Source: Takakia lepidozioides
Taxonomy: Eukaryota > Plantae > Bryophyta
Assembly: GCA_030704615.1 (NCBI GenBank)
Contig: CM060733.1
Span: 21,018,001-21,082,000 of the forward strand
Length of the DNA: 64,000 nt
Direction of reading: 5' to 3'
Shown here: positions 10,506 to 23,123 of the stretch, piece after piece
Layout of the letters: each line of letters starts with the position of its first letter
How positions within the stretch are numbered: the stretch's first letter is position 1
Program-made: the position numbers and the translations under genes
The notes under the pieces: generated by a model
The model's database searches: none
Seen by the model: only the letters and a program-made list of their open reading frames with translations
Told to the model about the DNA's origin: nothing

Positions 10506-13500
10506 CTACTGGACTTTCATCGTGACTTTATGAACCATGGTTTCCTTGTGAATTTGGTGACAGCTCTTCTCCACAAGCTCCAGCAGCTTCTCTATATCCA
10601 CAGCCCACGAGTTGAGCACGTCATTACTGTCCTTTTTGCTCTGGAAACACACCACTCCTGCAGGCCGGTCCACCTTTGCAATCAAAGACTTGGAAACCAC
10701 CATCTCTGAAAGGTGCTTCTCCATTTCCTGCAGAATTAAAAACATTATAAGGGGAAGTGAGTTTGATACGTTTATACAGGCATGTCTCTTGGGTAAGACT
10801 TTAACCCACAATACCAGGATGAGAACAACTTACTTAAGATTGAGTTCTTTATCTGCATATAATGGTCCTCCACTTGGAGGAGAAATTGTAGGGTGAATTG
10901 GAAGGTTGATAACAATGCAGTGATACCATGTGTTACAGACAATGCCGATCACTAAGCTCTTTAATTTTCAGGGAATCCACTGCCCATCTGCCTACCACAC
11001 CTTCAAGGAAAGAGGGTACGGGGATAGAATCTGCACTCACCAACATTGAGAAAGTGTAAACACAAGCAGGTTACCTGGAGGGTGAGACTAAGAAGTTCTG
11101 CAAGACGCTTCAATGTGATTCTTGAGTAATACTTGGAAACAACCAGAATATTCTGCATCCACCACCCACCAATTATCAGACCAAACTAGTATACTGTCTC
11201 CTAGTACTGGCCCTTCACTTGGGCAATCTATCGTAACAGCTACTGCCTTTGGCAGCTGATGCACTCCCAGAAGCCCTTCACCTTACCAAGCTAGGAACAG
11301 CCAGCACAAAATGTCAACAAAGTTAGAATACATTTGCTTTGAAGTTCACAAAGCAAGAGTCCCAACATAACCAATGGCCTACAACACGCCAATGAAATTA
11401 AAGAGAAATACACTGGCGCCCTATGGTGTGCACTGAACAGTATACATAAGGCTGCATCCCCTCAACACAGACAGACTAAGGAAAGCATTGGTTAGCAGCA
11501 AAATGACTGCATCAAAATAGAAAGCAGCTTTACAGGATCATAAGAAAATCTTCAAAAAGGATGATTTCGTAATAAATTTTGGTAGGTGCTAAGGACAGCT
11601 GTGAGATCAATGAAGACAGTGAAACAGACATGTTCAATGACTCGCTGGCAGAGGTCTTCCAAGGCACGGCTCCCAAGCTCTCCACCAGGCAGCTTACTTT
11701 CTTGCTCAAAATCGGATTGGTATTCATCCCAGAAGGTGACCCACCTTATCACCTCCATATTCACAAAATGCTTCAGCAATGCTCTGCATTAACGAGCAAC
11801 CACCACCTGTCACCGTTGCACTATGGCATTGCGGCGCAGTTCAGCCAAAAAACCTACAGGTCCTTCAAATCTTTACAACTCTCAGTGTGACTTCCCAGCA
11901 TCCAGTAAAATGCTCAGAGTCACCATCTACTTTCATGTGTGGGTATCTTTACTACCTCCATGTCTACATCTTCATGACAAAGGGCCTTCACTTGCTAGCT
12001 ATTGTTGGGTCTACTGGTTTAGAGAAGTGCTTGCACAAATCACAGGAGCCCAATTATCACTACTTGACATAAGGGGATGGTGGACATTTCCTGATTTTTG
12101 AGTTGTGAAGTGCCCCTAGCTTCATAAATCAACAGTCAACTAGCACTAGTAAATTCACAGTACTATCTTTGTGAACTTTTCATGCTCAAACTGGGTCCAC
12201 TATTTCGCAAGGCCAAAACCATTCTACGAAATAAATCTCAACCTTACGAAAATGGTGGGCCAGTGCAGGTGAATACTTGAACAAGCAGAAGCATAAACAG
12301 CAACAGCAGAGCATATGCATGACAAACAGCAAGTTTTGTACCGAATTTTGGGAAGCTCTGACAACTTCTTATCTTCCTGAGTACTGTTCAGCAGACTCGA
12401 CTGCATGCTGTCATGCGGAGCCAACACCAGGTTCCAACATATCTTCCTCAGAACCTGGCCCACCCGCCCAGTCACTTGCAAATATGTCACCCAGGCACCA
12501 CCGAACGTGGCCTATTCTTAGTGTCACAGAAACTACCAAAGAATCAACTTAGGAGTTACAGAGTGGGCTGTTCGATTCTATTGTCACGGAAGACCAAGAA
12601 CGCTTTGTGATAGAAAGAAATGAGATGGGCTAGGGGAGGGGGCCTCACAGGAATCCACTGAGAAGAGTCATCTTTCACTGACTGTGTGTCATAAATGGCC
12701 TGATAACTGCGGCAAATCTCCAGATAGTCATGGCTATGTGAGTAATACCTGTTCAGTGCCACAGCCACACAGTTTGCATTAACTTGCAGCTCCTCTTAGC
12801 AATTTTGCACTCCCTTTATCCAACAGTGCACTGACACTTTTTGAGCCCTGAAAAGGCCAGAAAACTTTGCTACCGGCCAAAAACAGGTAACTTCGATCAC
12901 CTGGAAGCTGCCAAAATTGCAACCAGACCATGGAAGCCACACATGTCTACTACAACATAGTATGTTCAATTCAATTGCACCATTGGCTTTGGCTATCTGA
13001 CCATAGTGGCTCTTCAGCCTATTTGTGAGGTTAACAATGAACCAACACACGGCATCACTTTACTAGTTCACATTAAGTTGTCTACAACACCATGCAAATA
13101 GACCCCACAGCCATTGGTGGGCACGGTTTGGGAACCAAACATTTGACTCCATAATTCACTGCTCTTGCGCCGCCTTAACAAACTACACATAGTTCAGCTG
13201 TGTGGGCAATCAGATCCTATGTATAAATTTAGCTATAGCAACTCAATCTAGTAGTTTTCAAAAAAACCAAAAGCTTTGCCTGATCATTAGCTCGTAGTAA
13301 ATGCGCTTCAACTCAAGCAGAGTGGGAATATCAGGGCCCGGTTGCTCCACAATATTATCACCGTCTTTAGGCTTCTTCTTCTCTTTGCCAGTCTCAGCAT
13401 TGAACACGCGAGGACTTATCTTCCTGGACAGAATCTGTGCTCGCATATAGTCCTTCCGGTCCAAACATAGCCGCACCTGCCATTCACATGACCTCTCCTA

Positions 13501-15660
13501 TTACCAACTGCAGTTACTGCCATCAAAACTCCACTCATTGCAGAGCTCACGTCCCAGCCCAGCCAATCAAGACCATAAAGGAAATACAGCCACCTACATA
13601 TTCTATGCCAGTGTTCAATGGCTGACTACTACTAGGTGTCCCTTGACCGTGTAGCAGCAAAACCTTGCAAACTAGATACTATTCAGATGAAAGGAGGAAC
13701 ATGATGAGAAAAAATTACCTGTTCAAGAATGAAGGCTATCTTCTCTGTCTTTGCCATTGCACCAAAAGTCTCGACCTGCACCCACCAGATATTACACGGG
13801 CTGTGAACCCATGGTTTAAACTCATAAGTGAGACAAAGAAGTTTCGTACAAAGAAAAGGTGCCTGTAGACCTCTCTGATCGTCAAATGCTATCTCGTAAC
13901 TTAAATGTAAGAGGACAAGACTATCTTGCATAAGCAGGAATGGAACATACTGCGACTTCCTGCATGAGCTCTGCTGCTTCAGCAACCTCCCCTTGCTCCT
14001 CCTTGATCTTAGCCAGCTTCTTGATTAACCGCGCTCTCTCTATCTCCACATAAATCTGCCAACCAACCCAATCGAATTCATCTCTAATTCAACACTGCAT
14101 AAAGGACGAGACAAGAATGAACTGCTTCACCATGAAACGACACTGCATGCATTAGAACTTCTACGGTCTGCCACTACTATGAAATGGAAGGACTGAGATG
14201 CTGTTTTGCACCTTGCCACTCGAGACATTGTTCAGGGTCTTGATAAGCTCGATGCGTGTGTCAAGGTCTGGAGTGTCCTCAATGTACTGCATGGCTTGCT
14301 GCACCATGGCAGTCACTGCCTGCCCAACCCCCACACCATTTTAGCTTCGTACATACCCTTTCAGCACCTAACAAACCATAGTTCAGCCTACATAGTGTGC
14401 AAAGGAATATACAACCCTCAACATTTGACTAGCCGAAACTTTATGGACAATAAGCAACTTGAATGTCATAATATGTGTAATGCATTTGACTTGCATCCCC
14501 ATAACTTGTATGCCCTGTTAAAGAAACAACTCCCTCTGTCAAGATGGTCCACATACAAGGTCTGCGTCCCTTCAGCCTGTAAGTCCCACCGCTACCTCGT
14601 CAAGCTATACACACTAAAACCTAAATTGAGCAGAGAGTAGGGCTAACGAGAATCACTTGTTTAAGTTGGGCCCTTCGCTTGGAGAGAAGAACAATTTGCT
14701 CATTGAGAGTCTTCCAGGCGCGAGCTTCATAGCACAACTGAATGATGGCAACTACCACCTTCCTTGTTCCAGAAACATCAGAAATAAGCCGCATTTGTTT
14801 CTCTAGATTCAACAATGTCTCTATAGCTGCATCCAGCTTCTTTTCCTGTCAAAAAGCAGTAATAAACTCATTTTCCAATTGCACCTGAGCTTGCAGCTCA
14901 ACTGCACTGCAATACATCATTATCTCACAAACCCGGAGCCCATCTCCGACAGTTCAATTTGCAGAAACGTAAAAATGAAGCGTACACCGAAACGGACATA
15001 ACCTCGGTAGCCGTGGATTCCAAACAAATACCTATAACAACCACGAGCCACCAATCAGGGGGAAGAAATTTTCTCAGCTCAATAAATTTTACAAAGAAAA
15101 TCTGTCTTAAAAGGGTCCCAATCTCTCAAAACCCTAACCAGACCTCCCCTGCTGCTTCAACCCTAAGGTTCCCACTGTTGCATCTGCTCGATAATATATT
15201 GACCACTTGGTTTCTTGCAGTGTTGATTCACATGTCTGACAAACTATAAATTATCAGCAGTCGGTGCTATCAGCAGTGTTAGAAAATCAGCTGTGGAAAT
15301 GATAGTTGTCACTCTGCTTTGCTTCCAAATTACTAGGCTTACCAAGGGAAGAAGTAGCAGTTCAGAGACTTAATCTGTCCAGCCTCATATGTCACTTTGC
15401 AGAAATCACATGAAGCCTTCTTGGGCTGTGTCGCATGCACCATTCCTCTCTTCAAAATCGTAAACACACCATCGTCTCAAAAAAGCTTCAGCCAACCCCT
15501 GATATGTCAGATCCAACCATGCAAATCGCTGTGTGAACAGTAGGGCACATACCTCAAGAGCCACAGTGCGCTGAGCCAGAATATCTCTGTCGAGAGCCTC
15601 ATAATCCACCCCCCGATTCTTCCCCGTCTCCACCGTATCCTCCTCCATCGCACTAGTCAT
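10506..15660 (-). CDS. RPN5: 26S proteasome lid subunit RPN5 (PSMD12), multi-exon
   Basis: Exons encode LLNLEKQMR...[80 protein letters not shown] and [10 protein letters not shown]...[16 protein letters not shown]. Splice sites are consistent. Confidence 0.96.
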
Positions 15661-15947
15661 CCTTGCACTCCGTCAGCCCTCCCTCACAACAATCTCCCCT
15701 CCTCTCCTCCACCAGCACAACACACACTCGCATTCGTCATCCACTAGATGGACATTGTTCATCCGCCTCTGCCCATTCAGGCCACCTAGTTCCGCTCAGA
15801 ACTGTGTTTGCCTCTCGGTGGCCGTCTATGGTGGCGGAGCTCGTGTTGAGAAGAGAGAGAGAGATCTCTGCTTCTTCTTTCTCTTTCTCTACGGATTGTT
15901 TGAGTAGTTTGGTTCATGTGATTGGCTGGATTGGCAGTACTGCAGAT

Positions 15948-17194
15948 ATGGCTGATTCCGCAGCAATCTACAAGGATTGGTTTGTCAACATGCCCTCGAG
16001 TGCTACGGGCACATTACACAGCAGTGTTGTAGCAATAGCGATACTGTTACCATTCCCCTACTATTGGTTTCTATGGTATTTCCCTCAGAGGTGGGTGGCG
16101 TTGTGTGGGCACGGGGTCAATCCCTCCCATCGGATGGCGCAAGTTGCCCATGTGCTTAAGGCGTGTCAGATCATCGCATTGTTGTCAGTGGCATCTTTCT
16201 CTCGCCCACCATGGATTTGTGTGGCCCTATTTCTCTTCGGCCAGTATTTGAACTATAGGTATGTCTTTCTTGGGCGAGGTGGAGAGAGAAAAGGAATTCG
16301 TTCTTTGTTTCCTTTCTGTTTCTGTGTGTGTGTGTGTCTGTCTCGTCGCTGGCACTGTTTTGAAGATATTTCCCCGAGATGTGCCCAATATCTCACTTGG
16401 AGCACATGTCGAGTTTCAGAGTAGTTTACTGTATATTTCGAGAACTGTGACTGGCCCTTTGGAATTACAGGTCCTGTCTGACGAAGGGCAGGTTGTTTTC
16501 CAGCAGTTACCACTTTACAGTATGTTAGCGACGGAACTATACTCTGCTTCCTTTTTGTGTTGGGTGTGGAGTTTTTGATGATTTTAAATGCATTCAGTTA
16601 TGATGGTCAGACAATCTCAGCCACCTACCAACATGAGTGTGCTCCATCTTCAGGAAGTGATTTAGTAGTTTTGGTTTTTGGGTTTTTGGGAGAGGATAAG
16701 AAGTTTGTCTGTGTCTCTATCACTTCCCTTTTTCTATGCAAGCAAAAAGTATCAGAAGTTGGTATTCTGCTTCAGTTTCATATCCTGGAGTCTATGATAT
16801 TGTCGTACTGACGTCGACTTACTTCTTGAAGGCTCCGATATCTCTTCAATTGTAAAACATGACAATGTCTCTTGCTCTCTCGTCTCTCTGTCAAAAGTGA
16901 TGGGGATCTTGTGAGACATGATTGAGTTCTGCATTGTTATGCAGGGTGTATGAGCTACTTGGAGAGGACGGTGTGTATTATGGCGCACGATTTGGTAAGA
17001 AGCTGCCATGGGTTGAAAAGTTTCCCTTCGGATATATCAAAGATCCTCAGTACGTGGGTTCCATTCTAAGCTTGCTCGGCTGTTCTTTTTGGATTCCATG
17101 GCACTTCCTCGCATTGTGGATAGCTGGATATGTGTTTATGATGTACATAGAGAGGGAAGAGGACCTCACAACACGCTCAAGCAAAATTTCATGA
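15948..17194 (+). CDS. PLMT: Phosphatidyl-N-methylethanolamine N-methyltransferase, exons 15948-16258 and 16945-17194
   Basis: LLPFPYYWFLW..P, GQYLNYR|VYELLGEDGVYYGARFGKKLPWVEKFPFGYIKDPQYVGSILS. The GT-AG intron is phase 2. Confidence 0.93.
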
Positions 17195-18430
17195 CAAATT
17201 TCCCTCAAATTGTGGGCCATCTATACAGTGTTGTCTCTTGGTTGCAGAGCGTCAAGGGCTCCTTCCTGCTAGATGGATTGGCTACAGCCTTACTGGAATT
17301 GTCTCACTCTCAAGACAATATTAGGACTCCTTGAATAGCGTTGATGCATGAGAATGATTTTGGCTACTTCAAATCTTATCTTTTGTTTTCCATCCTGCTC
17401 AGTAGGCTCTGCAATTTTTCTTTCAAGGTGGAGTGATGCCATACTATTTTTGACCCAAGCACTATTTGCCAGGAGCATCTTCATCAAAAGTGGCCCTAGT
17501 GCAAGCATGGCCCTGAAGAGCATCCTACCTCCTTGTAGCTACTGTAAATGACATTGCCAATGAAAATGATAGAGGATCGGCATGCCTATCTCTTCAAACA
17601 AAAGTATCCATGGCCACTTACCTGTAGCAGCAAAAGACCAACCATCTTCCTCCTTGATCCCCTCAGACAGCTGCAAGTGTTGGCAAAATTTTCAAAACAT
17701 CACCCAAATGTGGCTGTTGAGATCATATCCCTGTGATCATATCAGAAAAAACAGCACAAGTTGAAGATTTCCAAACTCGTGCCTCCTGAGCACTTGAATT
17801 TTCGGTGATAACTTGCAGCTCCTTGACCCACCCCTAGTGTCCCCAAGAATCGACGCATCTTTGCGTGCACAAGGAACATTCCTCGGTGACTGAACAAGTG
17901 AGTTAGCGACGCTAGATGTTAGATCGTCGGGTGAGCAGCATGTGTTTTGTTGTAAGTCTGTACCTAGATCAGATGAGGCTTGGGGAGTACAAATACAATC
18001 ATGAGAAGACATGGTCGAAATCATGGGATACAAAGCGAACGATGGCGCGGACTCATGTAACGAAGTGATCGTTCAGGTGCTCACTGCTGTGATCCATGCT
18101 TGCTACCTCCAGTCTATTTTTCTCAAGAGCAGTACGTGTGGAGCTATCGTTTCAAGAAGGTGTGGCTAAACGAGGTCCTGCACGGACAGATCGCTCCCGA
18201 AGAGTCCAGATGGCGAGGCGGCTATGGATGTCTCTGCGTATAAATCACTGCTTCTGGGAACCCATCTCACAATCAATCTCTCAGACGCTTCTCCCATTGC
18301 TAGGATCCCCGCATTCTCTCTAAATCCTAATCTTTCTTGAGTTCTTCACCTCCACTTCTAGTTCGCACGGTTTTCTTGTCTAGATCTGAGTGACAGCATT
18401 GTCTTTGATTGAAGAAGTAGGAAGTGTCCG

Positions 18431-19128
18431 ATGGCTCTCTCATCGCTCTTTCGCCGTGGAGGAAGCATTACCATTGAGCCCTTCAGTGCCAGGGTGCCGT
18501 ATCCTCAGTTCTTCGATTCCTTCGAGAAAATTTACCCATTCCAGGCTCGACATGCAAAGGCTATTGGGAGTACGCAGATTGACTGGCGTGAGACGCCTGA
18601 GGCCCACGTCTTCAAGGCCGATATTCCTGGTAATTTAACCATCCTCCTCCATCCCTGCCCTGTTTTGCAATGGCTGATTGTGGAGCTTGTCACTAATGGT
18701 GCTGTTCGAGGTATTGACTGAAGTAATGCCGAGTGGTTAAATTCCAATGTTCAGCTTATGCCTGCGAGGGTACGGCTGAAAATTAGCTACCGGTTCTGAA
18801 TGAGGAAGGAACAAAACCTCGCGGATAGTCTAATGTAGCTCCTCTGCGTTGTGATGTTCCAGGCTTGAAGAGGGAGGAGATCCAAGTGCAGCTGTTGGAG
18901 GGACGCACACTCGAGGTCAGTGGAGAGAGAAAGAACGAAGAAGTGCAAGATGGAGACAAATGGCACCTTGTTGAGCGGTTCCAAAGCAGCTTTCTACGCC
19001 GGTTCCGTCTGCCAGAGAACGCGAACGCTGACGATGTGAAAGCCCAGGTGGAGGATGGGGTTCTGACTGTCACCATTCCCAAGTGCGAGAAGCCAAAGCC
19101 TGAGGCTCGCCAGATCGAGATCGCTTAA
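18431..19128 (+). CDS. Cytosolic class I small heat shock protein (HSP20), exons 18431-18629 and 18863-19128
   Basis: [18 protein letters not shown]|LKREEIQV...LEVSGER...WHLVER...[11 protein letters not shown]...[11 protein letters not shown]...QIEIA, an alpha-crystallin domain with a C-terminal IxI motif. Confidence 0.95.
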
Positions 19129-20325
19129 GTGTGATGATCCGCTAGCAGTTTCCACAGGAGAACTCTAACGCCTTCGCCAAGAAGTATGTACCGAAGCTGT
19201 TGCAGACATACAGCAGCGCTAGCTATTGAGGATTATTAGTTAACGAATGATTGGGGTCGTCTGAATCCAAACAAATGATCTGATACTATGCCCTCTTCTT
19301 AGAATGGGCTGGTCAGGAACTTCAGATTAGCTTCAGTTTCAGCTACATATGTTTTGATTCTGATTGACTGAAATGGTGGCATGTTGAGCCTTGATGGCAG
19401 ACGTTTGATCTTGTGTCCATCTAAAATCCTGTGTGGAGACTAAATTTTGTTGCACTCTGCTTTGGAACATTACTCTCGCTACCTTGCTTTCTTTTGCTTC
19501 CAATGCAGACTGCTTCAACCAAAGATATGCAACACATTATAATCACATTCTTCTCTTGCAACATGCACGGTGATCACTGTACTTACATGTAATACACATG
19601 AGAGTGCACCTGGATCTGCCTTCCTTCAAGAACCCATCATCACCCTGTGAAGCGTTAGACCATCTGTCCGATGCTTTCAGAGAAGAATTTAGTTTATGTC
19701 AACTGATGATCATCCTGCCGACAACAGACAATAAGAGTACATGGTAAGAGCATCATTTATGCTGTCTCTTGGGTAAGTGTATGGTATCTTGTAAGGATTT
19801 TGAGAGTATGGATGCCAACAGATCGATGATTCATAGTCGATCTATTGGATGATTCATCTCTGATCTATAGGAGCATGGGTACCCGGAGATTTAAAGTCTG
19901 GTGAGGAAGTGTGAGGATCGAGTATTGTGTGATTCCTTGTGTTCACGAACTAGAAAGGTGACGAGTGTGATTGATGAGTGAACAGCAGAGTATAACAAAT
20001 CTCAGGGCGATTTTAACACAAGCAGCACAGGTCTAGAAGGATCAGTGGCATAATATAACAGCCTGACCAAGAAGAGCCATTGGAGCTGGTTTCGCGGGTC
20101 TATAGACTCTAACATCCATGTTACTGCAGTAGCCATTAATATTACGCACAAGTATACAAGTTTACTTCACCAAGTGAGAAGATCAGGTCACATTAATCTG
20201 AGTTCTAATTAGGTCAAGCATAGCCCAATTGACAACATCCGAGTCGAGATCGACGTTGTTGGCTCGAGATCAAACGAGTACGTGTGCTTCAAGATTTCTA
20301 ATTCCTGGAAAGACTCTTATTGGAA

Positions 20326-22572
20326 CTAGAAAGCGTCACAATCGGCCTCCGCGAAACCCACCCGTTGGTTCACTAAATCATACACCACATGGTGGTCTTG
20401 CTGCTGTACGTTCCCGATGATACTGAGGAACTGGCTGGTGCCCATAGCCAGGCATATCACTGTATTGGCTTCATAATTTGCAAACCTGAACATCGCTGTA
20501 CCAGGTGAGTTGAAATCCACGTTGGTGAAGTGCATAACTAAATCTGGAAGTATATAAGGACTGGTGTGTGCAGAGACGTCGTAGCATAAGTCTAGTCCAT
20601 AGGAAGATCCATCAGCGGGAGGATAGCTTATTGCATTCCTGAAGCCCTGCAGATATCACAGCATTGAGGAACAATTTCACAAGTTATTACTTGGGAAGGA
20701 CGCAGTTAGTTCTAGGGAGAGGTACGGAGAAAATTACGTCTCTAAAGGTTGTCACACAAACGCTGAGCTCTATATACACTACTACCCAGAAATTTACGAG
20801 CTATAGAACATGTCAGATTCGAGTAAACTGGCAAATCGATAAGAGTCTTGAATCCGGCTTAGAATTGTACCAAGTAGCTCAGACAAACTCACTCTGCAAG
20901 AAAAGTGAAACGAGCTCGAACGCTACAATCTAACGGTCCGTACAGCAAAACATTGGTCAACAAGAGTTCAGTGATACGCGAGGTGATACGTGGACTTGTT
21001 TGCTGCAAGGGAAACTTGAAAGGCTCATTTACCTGTAGCACAATGTTGTAGGCCTGTTGCTCCAGCAAGGTTAGTGTAGTTCCTGAGTCAAGGATGACTC
21101 CTCCGAATCCCGAGTTAGTATCGATGTTAAAGGTGCCTGCTGGAATACTCAGCTGTTGTTGCCCGATACTAATGCCCTCCACCTCCACGTAGTAAAAGGA
21201 CGGATGATGGGGATTGGAGATGAGTGGGGTGTATTGAACGCCTGAAGCTGATGTGACATCTCCAAAGAATAAGGGACTCGTCTTTGTGGCTGCATTGTTG
21301 GGGTTCATCAAACAGTAAGAGAAAATTTTGCTTACTGTTGAGCTCATCTGGGAGGGGAGAGACATAGGGCCCTGTCCCAAACCGACAAGCCCGTCCGTGT
21401 CCTGAAAAGTGCCATGGTTATTGTGCCCACAGCCAAAGGCAACGTGGGGTATATCAGTCGATCCTCCTGAGGTGGTGCCTAGGGTGACTGTATCATAAGC
21501 AATGTCACCAATGGTGTAGGATTGGTCTCCATATTGCGAACCATAAGTGCACTTGGAATGACAAGTTGAAATGGGAAGCTCGCAGACAGAGCTGCAAGTT
21601 TGGATAGGAAGATCCTGCGCCACACAAGCGATTGGGATCCATCAGAAATAAGCCCATATACTGACTCGAACTTGGGGAAAAATCAATCAACATCGATGGT
21701 TGTTGTACCTGGCAAAACTGATCAGAGCATTGAACCCCTTGGAATGTCGTTGATTTAGTGGGGTCAAATATCGCATCTTTCTGGGGAAAACATGATAGAC
21801 AAGGCAGACTCTGAACCCAAATTAGATTGCTTCCACTGTCCACAATTGCCGAGAACTTCTGTGCCGGTGTGCCCAGTGAGATCTCCATCAAGTAATCTCC
21901 ACCGACACCAATTGACACAGGGCTCTGCAGACCGAATAATTGAGCTTTTATGTTACGTTCAGTGCTATCTCTACGCCTCAAACTCCTCTGTACAGCAGCA
22001 ATGAAGTTTCCCGTTGATGTATTGGGTGCGGATTGGCTGAGTTCCGATGATCGCTGGTCTCTATGCATTAGCCCAATCCTTATCACCTGAAACACTCATA
22101 CATGTCAAAACAATCACTTGAGAAACGAGTCCACAGTAGAGTTCAGAGTAAAGACCAGGATATCAGTACAGATTATAATTCTATTAAAGAAGGAGCAAGC
22201 TGCGTTAGATTATTAGTCTAGTTCTTTCTTACTCAACTCCATCAACAAGCTAGGATTTCTAGAACACTTCCTCTTTGTAACTGCAGCAGAACGAACTCAA
22301 TCATCAAATAATCTGTTTCTTCATGCATACATGTCAGAATACATAGTAACGTGACTCAAAAGAAAATTGCATTTTCCAATTCTTGCTGTCATGTTGGACA
22401 TTACCTTGTCGGAAGAACGCTTCAACCGTTCAACCCCTCTGTGAGTAAGTTCTCTGTCTCTGCTTGAAAGATCGGATGTCATGGTCCGGCCTCCCCTCAC
22501 GAACCCAACACAAGATTGGAGAACTAAAGCTGAGAGGAGCACAATAGACAGACGAGTCTTAATACAAGTCAT
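20326..22572 (-). CDS. Secreted nepenthesin-like aspartic protease (A1B), exons 22572-22405, 22086-21709, 21614-21033, 20646-20326
   Basis: Signal peptide, LMHRD, YLMEISLGTP, catalytic VDSGS and LDSGT, AFGCG, GLVGLG, FSYCL, IIGNVQQQ..VYD. All three introns are phase 0 GT-AG. Confidence 0.95.
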
Positions 22573-23123
22573 TATGCGTTCCGTTTCCTTACTCAGGAAA
22601 CTTCGAAGATAGGCTGTACAAATTAAACAGTATATTACAGCCTGTGAGCCCGATGATCTCTCTCCAGAACTCCACTAGCGGAATAAGATCTTCACTAAAT
22701 CAGAACTATGAAAGATGGATGCAGCTTGTCTCTACTTATACACCAGGTCCTTCAGCCACTCCTTACCAGACGTCCGACTATACTCTCTCGTCGATAGTCT
22801 CGATAGTCAATAGTCTCTCTGGTCGATAGTCGTGATAGTCCTCTTAGTCGAGAATCTCTCTCGTCGGCAGATGTCCTCGTGGGCATGGTGGCATCTAGTT
22901 CTTTCGGTAGAATATTCTTTCATCAACATTTCAGTTGAACATCCATTCCCCGAAACGATGGGCAAAGTTCTATTTCTCCGAGAGAGATTCCATGGTCCAC
23001 GACGTAATATTCTAGAGATATACTGTGCGAGTATAGCATCTGACAGGTATTAAAGGACGGGCGAGAGGGTGAAGTTAGTGAGAGCATCGATAAGCCCTAA
23101 ACCCGAGGGAAGGGTGGAAGAGA

